Numbered from the whole stretch's first letter, positions 1 through 12,897 are shown. The stretch: 63,675 nucleotides of DNA, filler included, from Octopus bimaculoides (GCF_001194135.2; 4 parts of 4 records of this genome joined end to end with filler, not necessarily neighbours in it), one strand, 5' to 3'. Notes: a model not told the origin generated them from the sequence alone. A program made the numbers and translations.

Positions 1-175
1 ATATATACATATACATATATATACATACATATATATATATAGATAGATAGATAGATAGATAGATGTCTACCTACCTACCTACCTACCTACCTACCTACCT
101 ACTTACCTACCTGTCGGTCAATTTATCTATTTGTCGGTCTGTCGCTCTTTCTCTTTCTCTCTCTCTTTCCCTCTC
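1..175. repeat. Compound microsatellite (TA/TACA, TAGA, CTAC, CT)
   Basis: Directly visible tandem short repeats. Confidence 0.9.
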
Positions 176-389
176 TCTAGATTTTATTAATTTGCAATGA
201 TTTATGATTTTCAATATATGCACAATCATGGAGGTGTATAATTCAATAAATCAACAAATATATGTTATCGATTACTGGAGAACGATTACTTGCCGGCAAT
301 TCGACCTCTATAGAAATAACAGCCACTCCTCCCTTAAATCTCACCTTACCATTTTCTTAAAGGAAAAACGGACGCATTGTGCAATGTAG

Positions 390-490
390 CCCAGTATAAA
401 CCAAACATAGATGGGGTGGTCACCGTTAGAACGACCTATAATCACAGGTTTGATCGGTCAGGATTTGTCTGAGGCTAAGCAACAACAACA
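390..490 (-). repeat. Degenerate copy of an unclassified dispersed repeat family (family D)
   Basis: ggtcacc..ctgaggctaagcaacaac resembles 1990-2075 and the reverse complement of 58425-58480. Confidence 0.45.
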
Positions 491-771
491 ATCATAATAA
501 CAACAATAATACCAACGACAACAATGGTAACAACAGCAACTTAAAGTCTTTCAAATAGTTGTCCAATGTTATGTTGTTTCTGATACCAGTAATTTCGTAT
601 GGGAGAGAAACAGTCAAAAATATCGACCCCAGTATTTAACCTGTATTTTATCAACTGAGGAAAAATAAAACGCAAAGTTGGTTACGGTGGAATCTGAACG
701 CGCTTTTGTATCCTATAAGTATTATACATACGAGACCATTTTACCTCAGGTTGCTTTGTTATTCAACGCAT

Positions 772-1095
772 TCTTTTCTACTCTAGGCACAAGGCCCGAA
801 ATTTTGGGGGAGGAGACCAGACGATTAGATCGACTCCAGTACGTAACTGGTACTTAATTTATCGACCCTCCGAAAGGATGAAAGGCAAAGTCGATCTCGG
901 AGGAATTTGAACTCAGAACGTAAAGACAGACGAAATACCGCTAAGCATTTCGCCCAGCGTGCTAACGTTTCTTATTTCTTTATAGCCCACAAGGGGCTAA
1001 ACATAGAGGGGACAAACAAGGAAATACAAAGGGATTAAGTCGATTACATCGACCCCAGTGCTCAACTGGTACTTAATTTATCAACCCCGAAAGGG
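772..1095 (-). mobile_element. tRNA-derived SINE, family A/B dimer (truncated)
   Basis: Shared body tcgaccccgaaaggatgaaaggcaaagtcgacctcggcggaatttgaactc; dimer junction gctaacgtttcttatttcttt at 961-981. Confidence 0.85.
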
Positions 1096-1182
1096 GGACT
1101 GAACCTGAAACGACGTGGTTGCAAAAAAAGCTTCTTAACGTACAAACACTCTCATACACAAACACATACATACATACACGTG

Positions 1183-1215
<33 letters not shown>

Positions 1216-1929
1216 CTGTCTATCGTCGGGTGTTGGTTTAGAATAAAACTCTTTAAGACGGTGTCCCAGCATGGCCGCGGTCCAATGATGGAAACAAGTA
1301 AAAGAAGGCTATGTATGCCCAGAGGCTATGGTAAAAAAACAACAAAAAAAGGTGTCGTACCGTCGATTTGAACTTGAGACATTATAACTGCGCTACGAAC
1401 TTCTAAACCACAGAGGAATGCATGTATGGTGAATGTAGGGCAAAAGTATAAGTATTATCTCATTCGTTCGCGTTTATTTCAAATTTAGTAATCATTTATA
1501 TTATATTATATCTCACGAAAACGCTATAATACAGCATTCTAATATGGCGAATAAATTATATACGGGTCCTTTCGCCCGAATGTAATATATTGCTCAAAGG
1601 GATACAGTTAAATGAAATCGGATTCACATCGACTCGTGACAGCCAATTTCTATTAACATTCTCCATTCATTCATTGTGCGTTGAAAATAGTTTAGACCTT
1701 TTGACAATTGTGTGGTTGATTGGATTAAACGATGATTTGCGAAATTTACAATAATATAGGACTATAGTTCCGTATAAAACCACACTTTCGTATTTCCAAC
1801 TGAAGACATAAATAAAACTGACGTTTCTAACATATTGGGTATCGGTAAAAGAAGAAAAACGGTGGTCTTAACCTTTTCCATCTTAGATAGTTAACTTTAT
1901 GCCAACAAGAGAGCACAGGAGCAACGAGG

Positions 1930-2075
1930 GGGTGTTTATGTCTCAGCTCAACTCGCTAGAAATGGCAGTTAAATCTCCTTTGTGTTATACCCTGAGAAAC
2001 GCTACGCTGCGGTCACAGCTAGAATGTCTTTGTTCATAAGTTTGCGTAATCAGAGATGACTGAAGGCTAAACAAC
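1930..2075 (-). repeat. Dispersed repeat family D (ggagatttggctgctatttctagc-type)
   Basis: gctagaaatggcagttaaatctcc is the reverse complement of the motif at ~16470 and ~58582. Confidence 0.5.
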
Positions 2076-2162
2076 AACAGCAGCAGTAGTAGCAGTAGCA
2101 GCAGCAGCAGCAATAGTAACAACCTTGCACCTAAGATGTTTTACAATTTCGTTTCAAGAAAA

Positions 2163-2322
2163 CGTCGAGCTAGCAGAATCGTTAGCGCGTCAGACAAAAT
2201 ACTTAGCGGCATTTTATCTGGCTCTTTGCGTTCTCAGTCCAAACGCCGTCAAGATCGAGTTTGCCTTTCATCGACAATACCCATCCCCTAAAATTTCTGG
2301 CCCTGTGCTAAAATCTGAAACC
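2163..2322 (+). mobile_element. Degenerate family A SINE
   Basis: cgagctagcagaatcgttagc head and ttgcctttcatc body. Confidence 0.7.
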
Positions 2323-2497
2323 GTTATTTCCTTTCAAGGACTTACTTTCTCAGTCCATCATAGCATTTTTTAACCATTCACTACTATTTTATGCTAATGA
2401 AATATTTTACTGTGCGTTAGTTTAGGAAGATAATCTGTCGCAGATCACATTTTCTTTTCTCTCTCTCTGGTGAAATATAACTTAACATTGCAAGCCA

Positions 2498-2888
2498 CTG
2501 TGGAGGCGCAATGGCCCAGTGGTTAGGGCAGCGGATTCGCGGTAATAGGATCGCGGTTTCGATTCCCAGACTGAGCGTTGTGAGTGTTTATTGAGCGAAA
2601 ACAACTAAAAGCTCCACGAGGCTCCGGCAGGGGATGGTGGCGAACCCTGCTGTACTCTTCCACCACAACTTTCTCTCACTCTTACTTCCTGTTTCTGTTG
2701 TGCCTGTAATTCAAAGGGTCAGCCTTGTCACACTGTGTCACGCTGAATCTCCCCGAGAACTACGTTAAGGGTACACATGCCTGTGGAGTGCTCAGCCACT
2801 TGCACGTTAATTTCACGAGCGGGTTGTTCCGTTGAGCGGATCAACTGGAACCCTCGACGTCGTAAGCGACGAAGTTCCAACAACAACA
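2498..2888 (+). mobile_element. Full-length tRNA-derived SINE, family C ((CAA)n tail), with 11-bp TSD
   Basis: A-box TGGCCCAGTGG, B-box-like GGTTTCGATTCC, caacaacaa tail; direct repeat attgcaagcca at 2487-2497 and 2889-2899. Confidence 0.9.
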
Positions 2889-2964
2889 ATTGCAAGCCAT
2901 CAAAGCGCTCGTAGATTTTTGTAGTTTTGCTATTACTTCTAACCAGAAAATTAAACAATCTAGT

Positions 2965-3640
2965 CGTATTTAGTTAGAATTAGAGCGCTGAGATTAGACT
3001 ACTAGGAACATAATTTTGTTTATGAAGTACGAAACAGCACTGACGAAGTTACGAAACATAGATCTATCGTCTGATTCACTGGTGATGTTACTGACACGAA
3101 CTATTGCAATACTTCTAGGGAGGAAACTAAATGACTCTCCTGTGTTTATTTAGAATTAGGTATGGATTAGACCATTAGGAACCAAATATCTTGTCATGTC
3201 TATGGATTATGAAACAGCAGTGATGCCAAGACCAGAAGCTTCTACCTCTCGTTTGAGTAACTGGTGCTGCAATCGACACGAACATTTGCAGTATTCTATC
3301 GCATTTATTTAGAATTAGGCGCGGATTAGAGAACTACGAACAAAATATCTTATCTTACTTATGAATTACGAAGCAGCACAGATGACAAGATACGAACCAG
3401 TGATCTAACAATTGATTCATTCGTGCTGCTATCGACATGAACAATTGCGATACTTCTAGCGAAGAAACTCAGTGATTCTGTTGCATTTATTTAGAATTTG
3501 GCTCGGATTAGATCAGTAAGAACTGTCTTATCTTACCTATGAATTACGAGGCAGAACTGATGACAAGATACGAAACATTGATCTATCGGTTGAAGCATTG
3601 GCACTGCTATCGATACGAATAATTGCAGTGACTTGGCGTA
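2965..3640 (+). repeat. Diverged tandem array, 4 units of ~160-180 bp
   Basis: Unit starts (tttatttagaattagg-like) at ~2968, 3145, 3305 and 3486; shared gctgctatcgacacgaac and ctgaygacaagatacgaaac motifs. Confidence 0.8.
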
Positions 3641-4439
3641 AGAAATGAGAAATCGATATTCAAGAGAGAAAGCAAAAACGATGAAGCTGAAATAATTTAA
3701 AACAAAATCCAATGAAATGGAACCTTCTAGAGATATGTTTGGAATCAGACTTACATAGTGTAGTTGCTATTTTCGTCAACTAACAATTTCCTTTCAATCT
3801 CTCGACCAAGTAACATTTCTTTATGGCTATTTTTGTTAACTGATCACTGGGGCATTAACGAATCTTTGGTTTCATTTCTATTAATTACAACTTAATTCTT
3901 GTTGTCACCTGTCGACTATTATTGGTGAATTTATTTAGAGAAATGTCGATTGGAATGCGAGCAGAGAAAGGTTGGATTTTTTTTTACTAGAAATATGCCA
4001 AACGTTAAGAGACCAGAACAAGTATTTGTCTATTAATCGATTGAATAAGGCACAGCTAGGTATTCGATACGTCGATGGTTCGTACCTTTGTCATCGATGA
4101 TGAGTTTACTTTTGATTAAGATGTTTATTGTTTAATTTTAAAATGTCTCAGTGGAATATAGCAATTGTAAATAGGAGCTGCTAAACAAGGGCAAATCGCT
4201 GCTCCTTAACGAACGATTCGTTAGTTCTTAGAGATTAAATGAATATTGAAATCTTCTCGCTAGGATAAGTCCCCTGCGACAGAGTTTTGTATCATACGCA
4301 CACAAATACACATGCACACATATATATATATATGTATACATAGATACATACATACATGTACTTACATAAGTTCATTCACACATATACTCATCTACAAACC
4401 TACACATCAAGATGCAACCTCAGAGATAGTTTGTTTGGG

Positions 4440-4457
4440 TATGAATGCATGTATGTA

Positions 4458-4511
<54 letters not shown>

Positions 4512-4631
4512 CATGTATGTATGTATGTATGTATGTATGTATGTGTGTGTGCGTGCGTATGTATGTATATATGTATCTATGTATATATCTGTCTGTCTGT
4601 TTATTTATCTGTCTGTCTGTCTATCTGTCTG

Positions 4632-4672
<41 letters not shown>

Positions 4673-4705
4673 TTATCTATTTGTCAGACTATTTATCTAT
4701 CTAGC
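4440..4705. repeat. Compound microsatellite (TG)/(TATG)/(TCTG)/(TCTA)
   Basis: Directly visible. Confidence 0.95.
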
Positions 4706-5167
4706 AGTCTCCCTACTTATCTCTCCCTCTCTCTATGTATACAGATACACACCACTATACTATCTATATCTATCCACATTTCCCTGCATTATGTCGCTAC
4801 ATCTGTCGTTATAAACACTAATTAGAGAATATTTCAATTCTTCGCGAAATAATAATCATGAGCAAAAAGAAAATTTAAAAAAAGACTCTAACACTTTTTT
4901 AAATGAAACTTCATTGTAATTTCTTAATCGTTCTGTTAAAGAAATAATTTCGTTCAATTATTTATTTATTTTTTCATCTATTCATTCATCATTCATTCAT
5001 TAACTAAATTAATTGATTAACACCGTTCCCCGAAAGGTGGGGACTGGAGTTGATCAATTTTTTAACAAATATAAACATTTTTTTTTTTTGTGACAAGCGA
5101 GGGCTTTGAAACTTTGCCATCCTAAATACCTAATTTTGGAAATGTTTGGTATGCCAGATTTTTTTTT

Positions 5168-5488
5168 TCTACTCAAGACACAAGGCCCGAAATTTTTGGG
5201 GAAGGGGCCAGTCGATTAGATCCACCCCATTACGCAACTGGTACTTAATTTATCGACCCGAAAGGATGAAAGGCAAGGTCGACCTCGGCGGAATTTGAAC
5301 TCGGAAGTACTGCTAAGCATTTCGCCCGGCGTGATAACGTTTCTTATTTCTTTATTGACCACAAGGGGCTAAACATAGAGGGGACAAACAAAGACAGACA
5401 AAGGGATTAAGTCGATTACATCGACCCCAGTGCGTAACTGGTACTTAATTTATCGGCGTGCTAACGTTTCTGCCAGCTCGCCGCCTTA
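5168..5488 (-). mobile_element. Family A/B dimeric SINE (internally deleted)
   Basis: Same junction aacgtttcttatttcttt at ~5336-5353; ends ctgccagctcgccgcctt. Confidence 0.85.
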
Positions 5489-5544
5489 ATATACCAGTTT
5501 AAATTGATTCCAGTTCAATGCTGGTATCTAATATATTGATTTCA

Positions 5545-5965
5545 AATTTTAGCATAAGGCCATAAATTTCGAGGAGAAGGAATCAGTCGATTACATTGGT
5601 TTCTAGTGCTCAACTAATACTTATTTTATTGACCCGAAAGGATGAAAAGCAAAGTCGTTCTCGGCGGAATTTGAACTCAAAACGTGAAGACGGAAAATGT
5701 CGTGTTTTGCCTAATGCACTAACGATTCTGCCAGTTCGCCGCCTTACTGGTATCTAATGTATTAATTATAAATTTTAACACAAGGCCAGCAATTTCGGGG
5801 AGAGGGGCATAAGCCGATTATATCGACCCAATGCTCAACTGGTACTTATTATATCGACCCCTAAAGGATATAAGGTAAAGTCGACTTCGATGGAATTTGA
5901 ACTCAGAACGTGATGACGGATGAAACGTCGCTAAGCATGGTAACGATTGTGCCAACTGGCCGCCA
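5545..5965 (-). mobile_element. Two tandem degenerate family A SINEs
   Basis: Two copies of ggaatttgaactc...ctgccagttcgccgcc. Confidence 0.75.
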
Positions 5966-6090
5966 TACTGATATCTAACATAATGTCTTCAGATGATTGA
6001 CAAAGTCGATGTTATGTTGAGTTTGAACCAGACTCTGATGTTTTAAAACTCCTACGTTATCTGAAAAAAGTTTACTCAAGATACGATACA

Positions 6091-6485
6091 CTTTTACTCT
6101 TTTACTCTTTTACTTGTTTCAGTCATTTGACAGCGGCCATGCTGGAGCACCGTCTTTAGTCGAGCAAATCGACCCCAGGACTTATTCTTTGTAAGCCTAG
6201 TACTTAGTCTATCAGTCTCCTTTTGTCGAACCACTAAGTTACGGGGACGTAAACACACCAGTATCGGTTGTCAAGCGATGTTGGGGGCATAAACAGACAC
6301 ACAAACACATATATATGCATATGTGTATATACGACGGGCTTCTTTCAGTTTCTGTCTACCAAATCCACTCACAAGGCTTTGGTCGGCACGAGGCTATAGT
6401 AGAAGACACTTGCCCAAGGTGCCACGCAGTGGGACTGAACCCGGACCATGTGGTTAGTAAGCAAGCTACTTACCACACAGCCACT
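6091..6485 (-). mobile_element. tRNA-derived SINE, family K (internal TA/TG microsatellite, AAAGAGT-repeat tail)
   Basis: On minus strand: head tggctgtgtggtaag...ggttcagtcccactgcgtggcaccttgggc and tail gaaacaagtaaaagagtaaaagagt. Confidence 0.9.
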
Positions 6486-6667
6486 CTATAGTTCTTTCTA
6501 GAAATCTTTTGTTTGGCGTATTTAGGACGGCGAGGTTTCAAAGCCCTCACCTGCCACCACAAAAGTGTTGTCCTTCTTTGTACAAATTTGTTCAGCTCCA
6601 GTTCTCACCTGTTTAAGAACTGTGGAGTGGAGGGTTTCGTCTATGCATTGTAGTCTGTTGTTGTTGC

Positions 6668-6701
<34 letters not shown>

Positions 6702-6730
6702 GAGACTATTGTATTTATTGTCCATTTTTT

Positions 6731-6945
6731 TTTACTTGTGTCAATCATCGGACTGCGGTCATACTGGGGCAACGCATCGAAGAGTTTAGACGAACAAATC
6801 GACCCAGTCGATTATTAAAAGCCAGGTACTTATTCTATCAGTCATTACTGCCGAACTACTAGGTTATTGGGATGTAAACAAGCTGACACCGGTTATAAAG
6901 TGGCAGCTGGATACAAGTAGAAAGACATACAAACTCACACGCACA

Positions 6946-6990
<45 letters not shown>

Positions 6991-7150
6991 CTATATAATG
7001 GGCTTCTTTGAAGTTTCCGTCTACCAAATCCACTCACAAGACGTTTGTGGGTCCAGGGCTATAGGAGAAGACTCATGCCCAAGGTGCCGCATAGTGGAAC
7101 TGAACCTGAAATCACATGGTGACAAATCGAGCTTCTTAACCACACAGCTA
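6731..7150 (-). mobile_element. Family K SINE
   Basis: Colinear with 6091-6485; internal (CA)n. Confidence 0.85.
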
Positions 7151-7194
7151 TGTCTTTTTTTTATAGCTACTACTGCAGTTGTTGCTATGGCTAT

Positions 7195-7232
7195 TATTGA
7201 TGCGATTTTCATCGTCGTCGTCGTCGTCGTCG

Positions 7233-7266
<34 letters not shown>

Positions 7267-7290
7267 CGTTGTTGTTGTTGTGGCTGTTGT
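7195..7290. repeat. (CGT)n/(TGT)n microsatellite
   Basis: Directly visible. Confidence 0.9.
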
Positions 7291-8277
7291 TACCGTGGAT
7301 ATTGTAGTTGGAAGTTGTTTAGCTGCCCTTATAATCGTTGTGTTTGCCGTTGTTGGCATGTTGTTCACGTTGTATGTTCGATCGCCTGATTGTGGATGTT
7401 TTCTATACGTNNNNNNNNNNNNNNNNNNNNNNNNNNNNNNNNNNNNNNNNNNNNNNNNNNNNNNNNNNNNNNNNNNNNNNNNNNNNNNNNNNNNNNNNNN
7501 NNNNNNNNNNNNNNNNNNNNNNNNNNNNNNNNNNNNNNNNNNNNNNNNNNNNNNNNNNNNNNNNNNNNNNNNNNNNNNNNNNNNNNNNNNNNNNNNNNNN
7601 NNNNNNNNNNNNNNNNNNNNNNNNNNNNNNNNNNNNNNNNNNNNNNNNNNNNNNNNNNNNNNNNNNNNNNNNNNNNNNNNNNNNNNNNNNNNNNNNNNNN
7701 NNNNNNNNNNNNNNNNNNNNNNNNNNNNNNNNNNNNNNNNNNNNNNNNNNNNNNNNNNNNNNNNNNNNNNNNNNNNNNNNNNNNNNNNNNNNNNNNNNNN
7801 NNNNNNNNNNNNNNNNNNNNNNNNNNNNNNNNNNNNNNNNNNNNNNNNNNNNNNNNNNNNNNNNNNNNNNNNNNNNNNNNNNNNNNNNNNNNNNNNNNNN
7901 NNNNNNNNNNNNNNNNNNNNNNNNNNNNNNNNNNNNNNNNNNNNNNNNNNNNNNNNNNNNNNNNNNNNNNNNNNNNNNNNNNNNNNNNNNNNNNNNNNNN
8001 NNNNNNNNNNNNNNNNNNNNNNNNNNNNNNNNNNNNNNNNNNNNNNNNNNNNNNNNNNNNNNNNNNNNNNNNNNNNNNNNNNNNNNNNNNNNNNNNNNNN
8101 NNNNNNNNNNNNNNNNNNNNNNNNNNNNNNNNNNNNNNNNNNNNNNNNNNNNNNNNNNNNNNNNNNNNNNNNNNNNNNNNNNNNNNNNNNNNNNNNNNNN
8201 NNNNNNNNNNNNNNNNNNNNNNNNNNNNNNNNNNNNNNNNNNNNNNNNNNNNNNNNNNNNNNNNNNNNNNNNNNNNN

Positions 8278-8810
8278 GCAACAACAATGACAGAAATAGC
8301 AACAATAACTACGGCAACAACAAATGTTATAGCAGCAACAATGACAGAAATAGCAACAATAACTACGGCAACAACAAATGTTATAGCAACAACAATGACA
8401 GAAATAGCAACAATAACTACGGCAACAACAAATGTTATAGCAACAACCAACAATAGCAACAACCAACAATAGCAACAACCAACAATAGCAACCGCATTGA
8501 CAGAAATAGCAACAATAACTACAGCAACAACAGATGCTAGATAAACAACCAACAATAGCAACAGCAGCAATAAATATAGCAATAGCAATAATGACTACAA
8601 ACAACAGTAACTACAGCAACGGCGTGTATAGTAACAACGGCGGCAACAACAAATATAGCAACAAAAATAACGATATCTTTAAAAAAAAGTAATAACGATA
8701 GCAACCATCATATCATCAACAAAAATGGCTGTAGCAACAACAATGGTTGCAACAACAATAACTACGATCGCCACGATGACATTAACGACAATAACTATGG
8801 TAACGGAGGT
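8278..8810. repeat. CAA-based minisatellite with a 54-bp unit x3 (8284-8445) and degenerate continuation
   Basis: acaatgacagaaatagcaacaataactacggcaacaacaaatgttatagc repeated three times. Confidence 0.85.
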
Positions 8811-9057
8811 AATATATTCTAAGATGTTTCATTTAAGAAACTTAATTAGGTCGAAATATTTAATTAAAGTTTTTCATTATGTGTTTTCGATTCTGAGCGG
8901 AATATATTGCTAACATGAAGACATCGCTTAAGAGATGAGATTTATTACGAAGATCTATTATTTAATTAAATATCTAAGCTGTATGACTCACTGTGTCACT
9001 TATTTGAGATTCTACTATGTTGATATTTTTTACGCAGAAGACTCCCCTGAGATATTC

Positions 9058-9270
9058 TTTTCTACTCTAGGCACAAGGCCCGAAATTTGGTGGGAGGGGG
9101 TCTAGTCGATTAGATCCACCCCAGTACGCAACTGGTACTTAATTTATCGACCCCGAAAGGATGAAAGGCAAAATGGACCCCGGCGGAATTTGAACTCGGA
9201 ACGTAAAGACAGACGAAATACCGCTAAACATTTCGCCCGGCGTGCTAACGTTTCTGCCAGCTCACCGCTT
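9058..9270 (-). mobile_element. Family A SINE, near full length
   Basis: ttctactctaggcacaaggcccgaaa...ctgccagctcaccg. Confidence 0.9.
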
Positions 9271-9561
9271 TGGCTCCGCTGAGATATTTTGTCACAACCA
9301 TACCGTTGGTGTCCATAACCAGTGCAATAACATTCCCTCTATGTCTATATATTGCTCGTTTTTAAATTCGCCAACTGTGTTAAAATAAGCTTCCCTGAAG
9401 AAATTTAATTAGACAGAAACATGCCCCTTACTTTTGCCATTTAGATTTAAAGTTGAGATCCACCCCAATTTATATCGTTTATATTTCCTTCACTACCTAA
9501 GTTTCCATCAATCCATCACATTACAGTTACCACCCTTGGTCGTTATTTTTAGATTTTAAAA

Positions 9562-9975
9562 AGGCGCTGGCGTGACTGTGTTGTAAGAAGCTTGCTGCCT
9601 AAACACAAGGGTTCAGTCCCACTGCGTGGTATCTCGCGCAAGTGTCTTCTAATATAGCCTCGGGCCAACCAAAGCCCTGTGAGTGGATTTGGTAGATGGA
9701 AACTGAAAAAAGACCGTCGTATATATGTGTGTGTGTGTGTGTGTCTTTGTGTCTATGTTTGTCCCCCGCCCATCACCGCTTGACGACTGGTGTTAGTGTG
9801 TTTACGTCCCCGTAACTTAGCAGTTCTGCAAAAAAGATTGATTGGCCTTGTGTCAAGAGGTGAGTTGGCAGAATTGTTAGCACTCTGGACAAAATGCTTA
9901 GTAGCATTTTCACCGGTTCTTAACGTTCTGAGTTCGCACCTCACCAAGGTCAATTTTGCCTTTTATCTTTCCATG
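9562..9975 (+). mobile_element. Family K SINE joined to a degenerate family A SINE
   Basis: K head at 9562; switches to gagttggcagaattgttagc at ~9865. Confidence 0.75.
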
Positions 9976-10689
9976 TAAGAAAAAAATACAGTACCAGTCA
10001 AATACTAGGGTCTGTTTAACCAATTAACCCTTCACCTCAAAAATGCTGGCCTTGTGTCAAAACTGTTAATAATTATTTAACTCTAAAACTGGTTTCACAT
10101 CGAAAAGATCAAAAGGTANNNNNNNNNNNNNNNNNNNNNNNNNNNNNNNNNNNNNNNNNNNNNNNNNNNNNNNNNNNNNNNNNNNNNNNNNNNNNNNNNN
10201 NNNNNNNNNNNNNNNNNNNNNNNNNNNNNNNNNNNNNNNNNNNNNNNNNNNNNNNNNNNNNNNNNNNNNNNNNNNNNNNNNNNNNNNNNNCCGCTTGACG
10301 ACTGGTGTTAGTGTGTTTACGTCCCCGTAACTTAGCAGTTCTGCAAAAAAGATTGATTGGCCTTGTGTCAAGAGGTGAGTTGGCAGAATTGTTAGCACTC
10401 TGGACAAAATGCTTAGCAGGCATTTCTTCCGGCTCTTTACATTCTGCTTAAGCTCTTTGCTCCATAGAGAACAGAGGCCATATACAACTTTTTCCACAGT
10501 TCTCGTTTCGGAGTTGTCTTTTCCTGTTTCTCTCCAGTTGGATCCCTGCTATTTCAGTTTTGCCTCATATATTTCTCTGAGGGAAACATATGTTTCCCTC
10601 ATATGTTTCTCTCTCTGGTCTTGTTGGTTTTGAATTGTCATCGATGCTTCAGTAACTTTGCTTTTTTTTTCTAGGCAGAGATGTTGACC

Positions 10690-10865
10690 TTACCCAAATC
10701 CATTTTTACTTCTGTGAAGAGGTGTTCCATATTAGTCTGGCCCCTATCCGTTGATCTGTTCAATATGGAAAGCCCTACCAGGAGCTCGCACTCCGCTGGT
10801 ATAGCTCTCAGGATAATTGAGGATTACAAGCCACCATACTGCAACAAGGTTTGTACCTTTTGGTG
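10690..10865 (-). mobile_element. 5' UTR-like remnant of an RTE-clade LINE
   Basis: Minus strand cctgagagctataccagcggagtgcgagctcctggtagggc...ggataggggccagactaa resembles recalled RTE/Rex3-type 5' ends. Confidence 0.5.
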
Positions 10866-10899
10866 GTCGTTAAGAAGGTCAGGGTCAGTAAATAAGACA

Positions 10900-12330
10900 C
10901 AAATGATCCCCCATGACTTGAATTCATTTCGGAAATTTGCAATAATGTTCCACGCTCGTTTTAATAAAAGACGATAGACAAGATAGACATACATGATGTT
11001 TTGGTAGAAATATATATTGCATTTGTCGTGCTTTATAATTGAATAATGTGCGTTCCATTAATACTGATGGTGTCTGACCTAATCATACTTAACAGTATTA
11101 TCTAGAAAAAGAAATCTTTTAAAAGCTCTTTGAAATTCTATGACACCTTTTAAACAAATTTGATAAAATGTTAGTTAAAAATTGCTACGCTACTCTATTA
11201 AGATCCTTTATTAATTTCCATGAATATTATGTAAGAAAAATCAATATAAGAAAGGAATTAATTTCAATGAACATGTGAATGAAATTTTGTTGCACTTGCT
11301 AGCTCTGTCTCAGAACAAAACAACACCAACAAACAAAAACTAAACAAGGAAAACAAACAGTGAACGAAAAAGCCTGAAGCATTCATAGATTCTTATCATA
11401 ATTTCGTAACTTTCTTGTTCCTAGTCTTTAATTAGTTCTATATTGTATATGAGCAGTTCTTTGTTTGATTTCATCCGCAGATTAAAGAATCAGTTTGGTA
11501 CATTCTATTCAGATTGTGTTTTACATTAGCTATGCAAAATAAAAATAACTTAATAGTGATTTCTTCCTAATAATTATAATTATGAAGCTAATTTTTTTTT
11601 TCTCAAGAAAATGAGAAATTCATTGATTACAGTATTTTACTATTTAATTCCCGAAGGAATGACAAGCAAAGTCGAATCTTGCGTGATATGAAATTAGCGC
11701 TCAGAAGAAGGCAGCAAATCATTTGGAAAGTATTCAGTTTGGTGCTTTCTCTTCTTGTATTTATCTCCTTTCTCAATGGAATTGGTATTGATCAAAGGAT
11801 AATATTCAAAACTCTGCAATTGACTTACAAATTCTTCTCTCAGCGGCCTGGTTTCTGTTGCAGTTGTTAGCCTTTCATTGTACGAAATATTCTTATCACA
11901 TTATCTCTCCACATAACGTAATTTCCAGCAAGAGATTTGGCAATTGGGCTGTCTCTTATTGCACTCGAAGACATTGCAATGACCTTTCTAACGACACTCA
12001 ACTGTCGAGCTTGATTGATACATTTAAATTCTACATCAAGTATTTATTATTCTGTGGCGTTTATTTCCTGACCTCAAAAATCAATAATATTGCTAATCAC
12101 AGTTTAATACAATTTGGACAGTAATTCTTTGTTTCTTCATAGCGTTATTGCTTCGATAGTGTTGTCTTTCACATTAAGCAGTTGTAATGATCTAATCACT
12201 GATATTGTATGTCACAATTCCATAGATATCATTGATCTGGTATTTGCTTCCGGTTCCGCGGTGTTTTTGTTGATATGATGAAATAAAGCATCACTAGGAG
12301 AGAGGATACCGGCTTTTTACAGGCAGCATC
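10900..12330 (-). pseudogene. Ancient, heavily decayed CR1/L2-like RT remnant
   Basis: Only weak motif echoes on the minus strand (NYCP for NYRP; KRAWNII for RxWNxLP); many stops. Confidence 0.25.
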
Positions 12331-12349
12331 TAAAAACTGCTAATATTTA

Positions 12350-12550
12350 GGAGCAGACGTAGTTGCATTGTAAGAGGTTTTGTTTCCCAACCACGTGGTT
12401 CTGCGGTCAGTCCCCCACCACCTTTTGACAACCGTCGGGAAGAAATATAGTCTGGCGACGATTTCCACTCTCTTCCTCCTATATCTATATGCATATTTGT
12501 GCAATGTATACATGTACTTGTTAAATATGCATGTGTGCGTGTGTGTGTTT

Positions 12551-12597
<47 letters not shown>

Positions 12598-12854
12598 TGT
12601 GTGTGCGTGTTTGTGTGGGTGTGTCTGTGTNNNNNNNNNNNNNNNNNNNNNNNNNNNNNNNNNNNNNNNNNNNNNNNNNNNNNNNNNNNNNNNNNNNNNN
12701 NNNNNNNNNNNNNNNNNNNNNNNNNNNNNNNNNNNNNNNNNNNNNNNNNNNNNNNNNNNNNNNNNNNNNNNNNNNNNNNNNNNNNNNNNNNNNNNNNNNN
12801 NNNNNNNNNNNNNNNNNNNNNNNNNNNNNNNNNNNNNNNNNNNNNNNNNNNNNN

Positions 12855-12897
<43 letters not shown>

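Noticed and set aside
2500-2575. tRNA gene call for SINE heads (also 44338-44410)
   Set aside because: A/B boxes are present, but there is no complete cloverleaf and the sequence continues into a repeat body.
2965-3640. CRISPR-like interpretation of the tandem array
   Set aside because: Whole units are homologous with no unique spacers, the context is eukaryotic, and no cas genes are present.
6560-6660. Possible minus-strand micro-exon(s) with GTGAG donors (RLQCIDETLHSTVLKQ)
   Set aside because: No recognisable homology, and the acceptor lies within a (CAA)n tract.
6998-8604. Long ORFs spanning N gaps or microsatellites (also at 13-14, 17-18, 39, 52-53 kb and the poly-VC/HT/YI ORFs)
   Set aside because: Artefacts of Ns and simple repeats.
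9776-10416. Identical ~125-bp duplication on either side of gap 10119-10290 (similar case at 55863-55970)
   Set aside because: Most likely redundant contig overlap; needs reads to be believed.
10690-10865. Possible HDV-like or twister ribozyme in the RTE 5' UTR remnant
   Set aside because: A hairpin gagc/accag..ctggt/gctt exists, but I could not build the HDV P1/P1.1/P2 or twister P4/pseudoknot elements; an Infernal scan would settle it.
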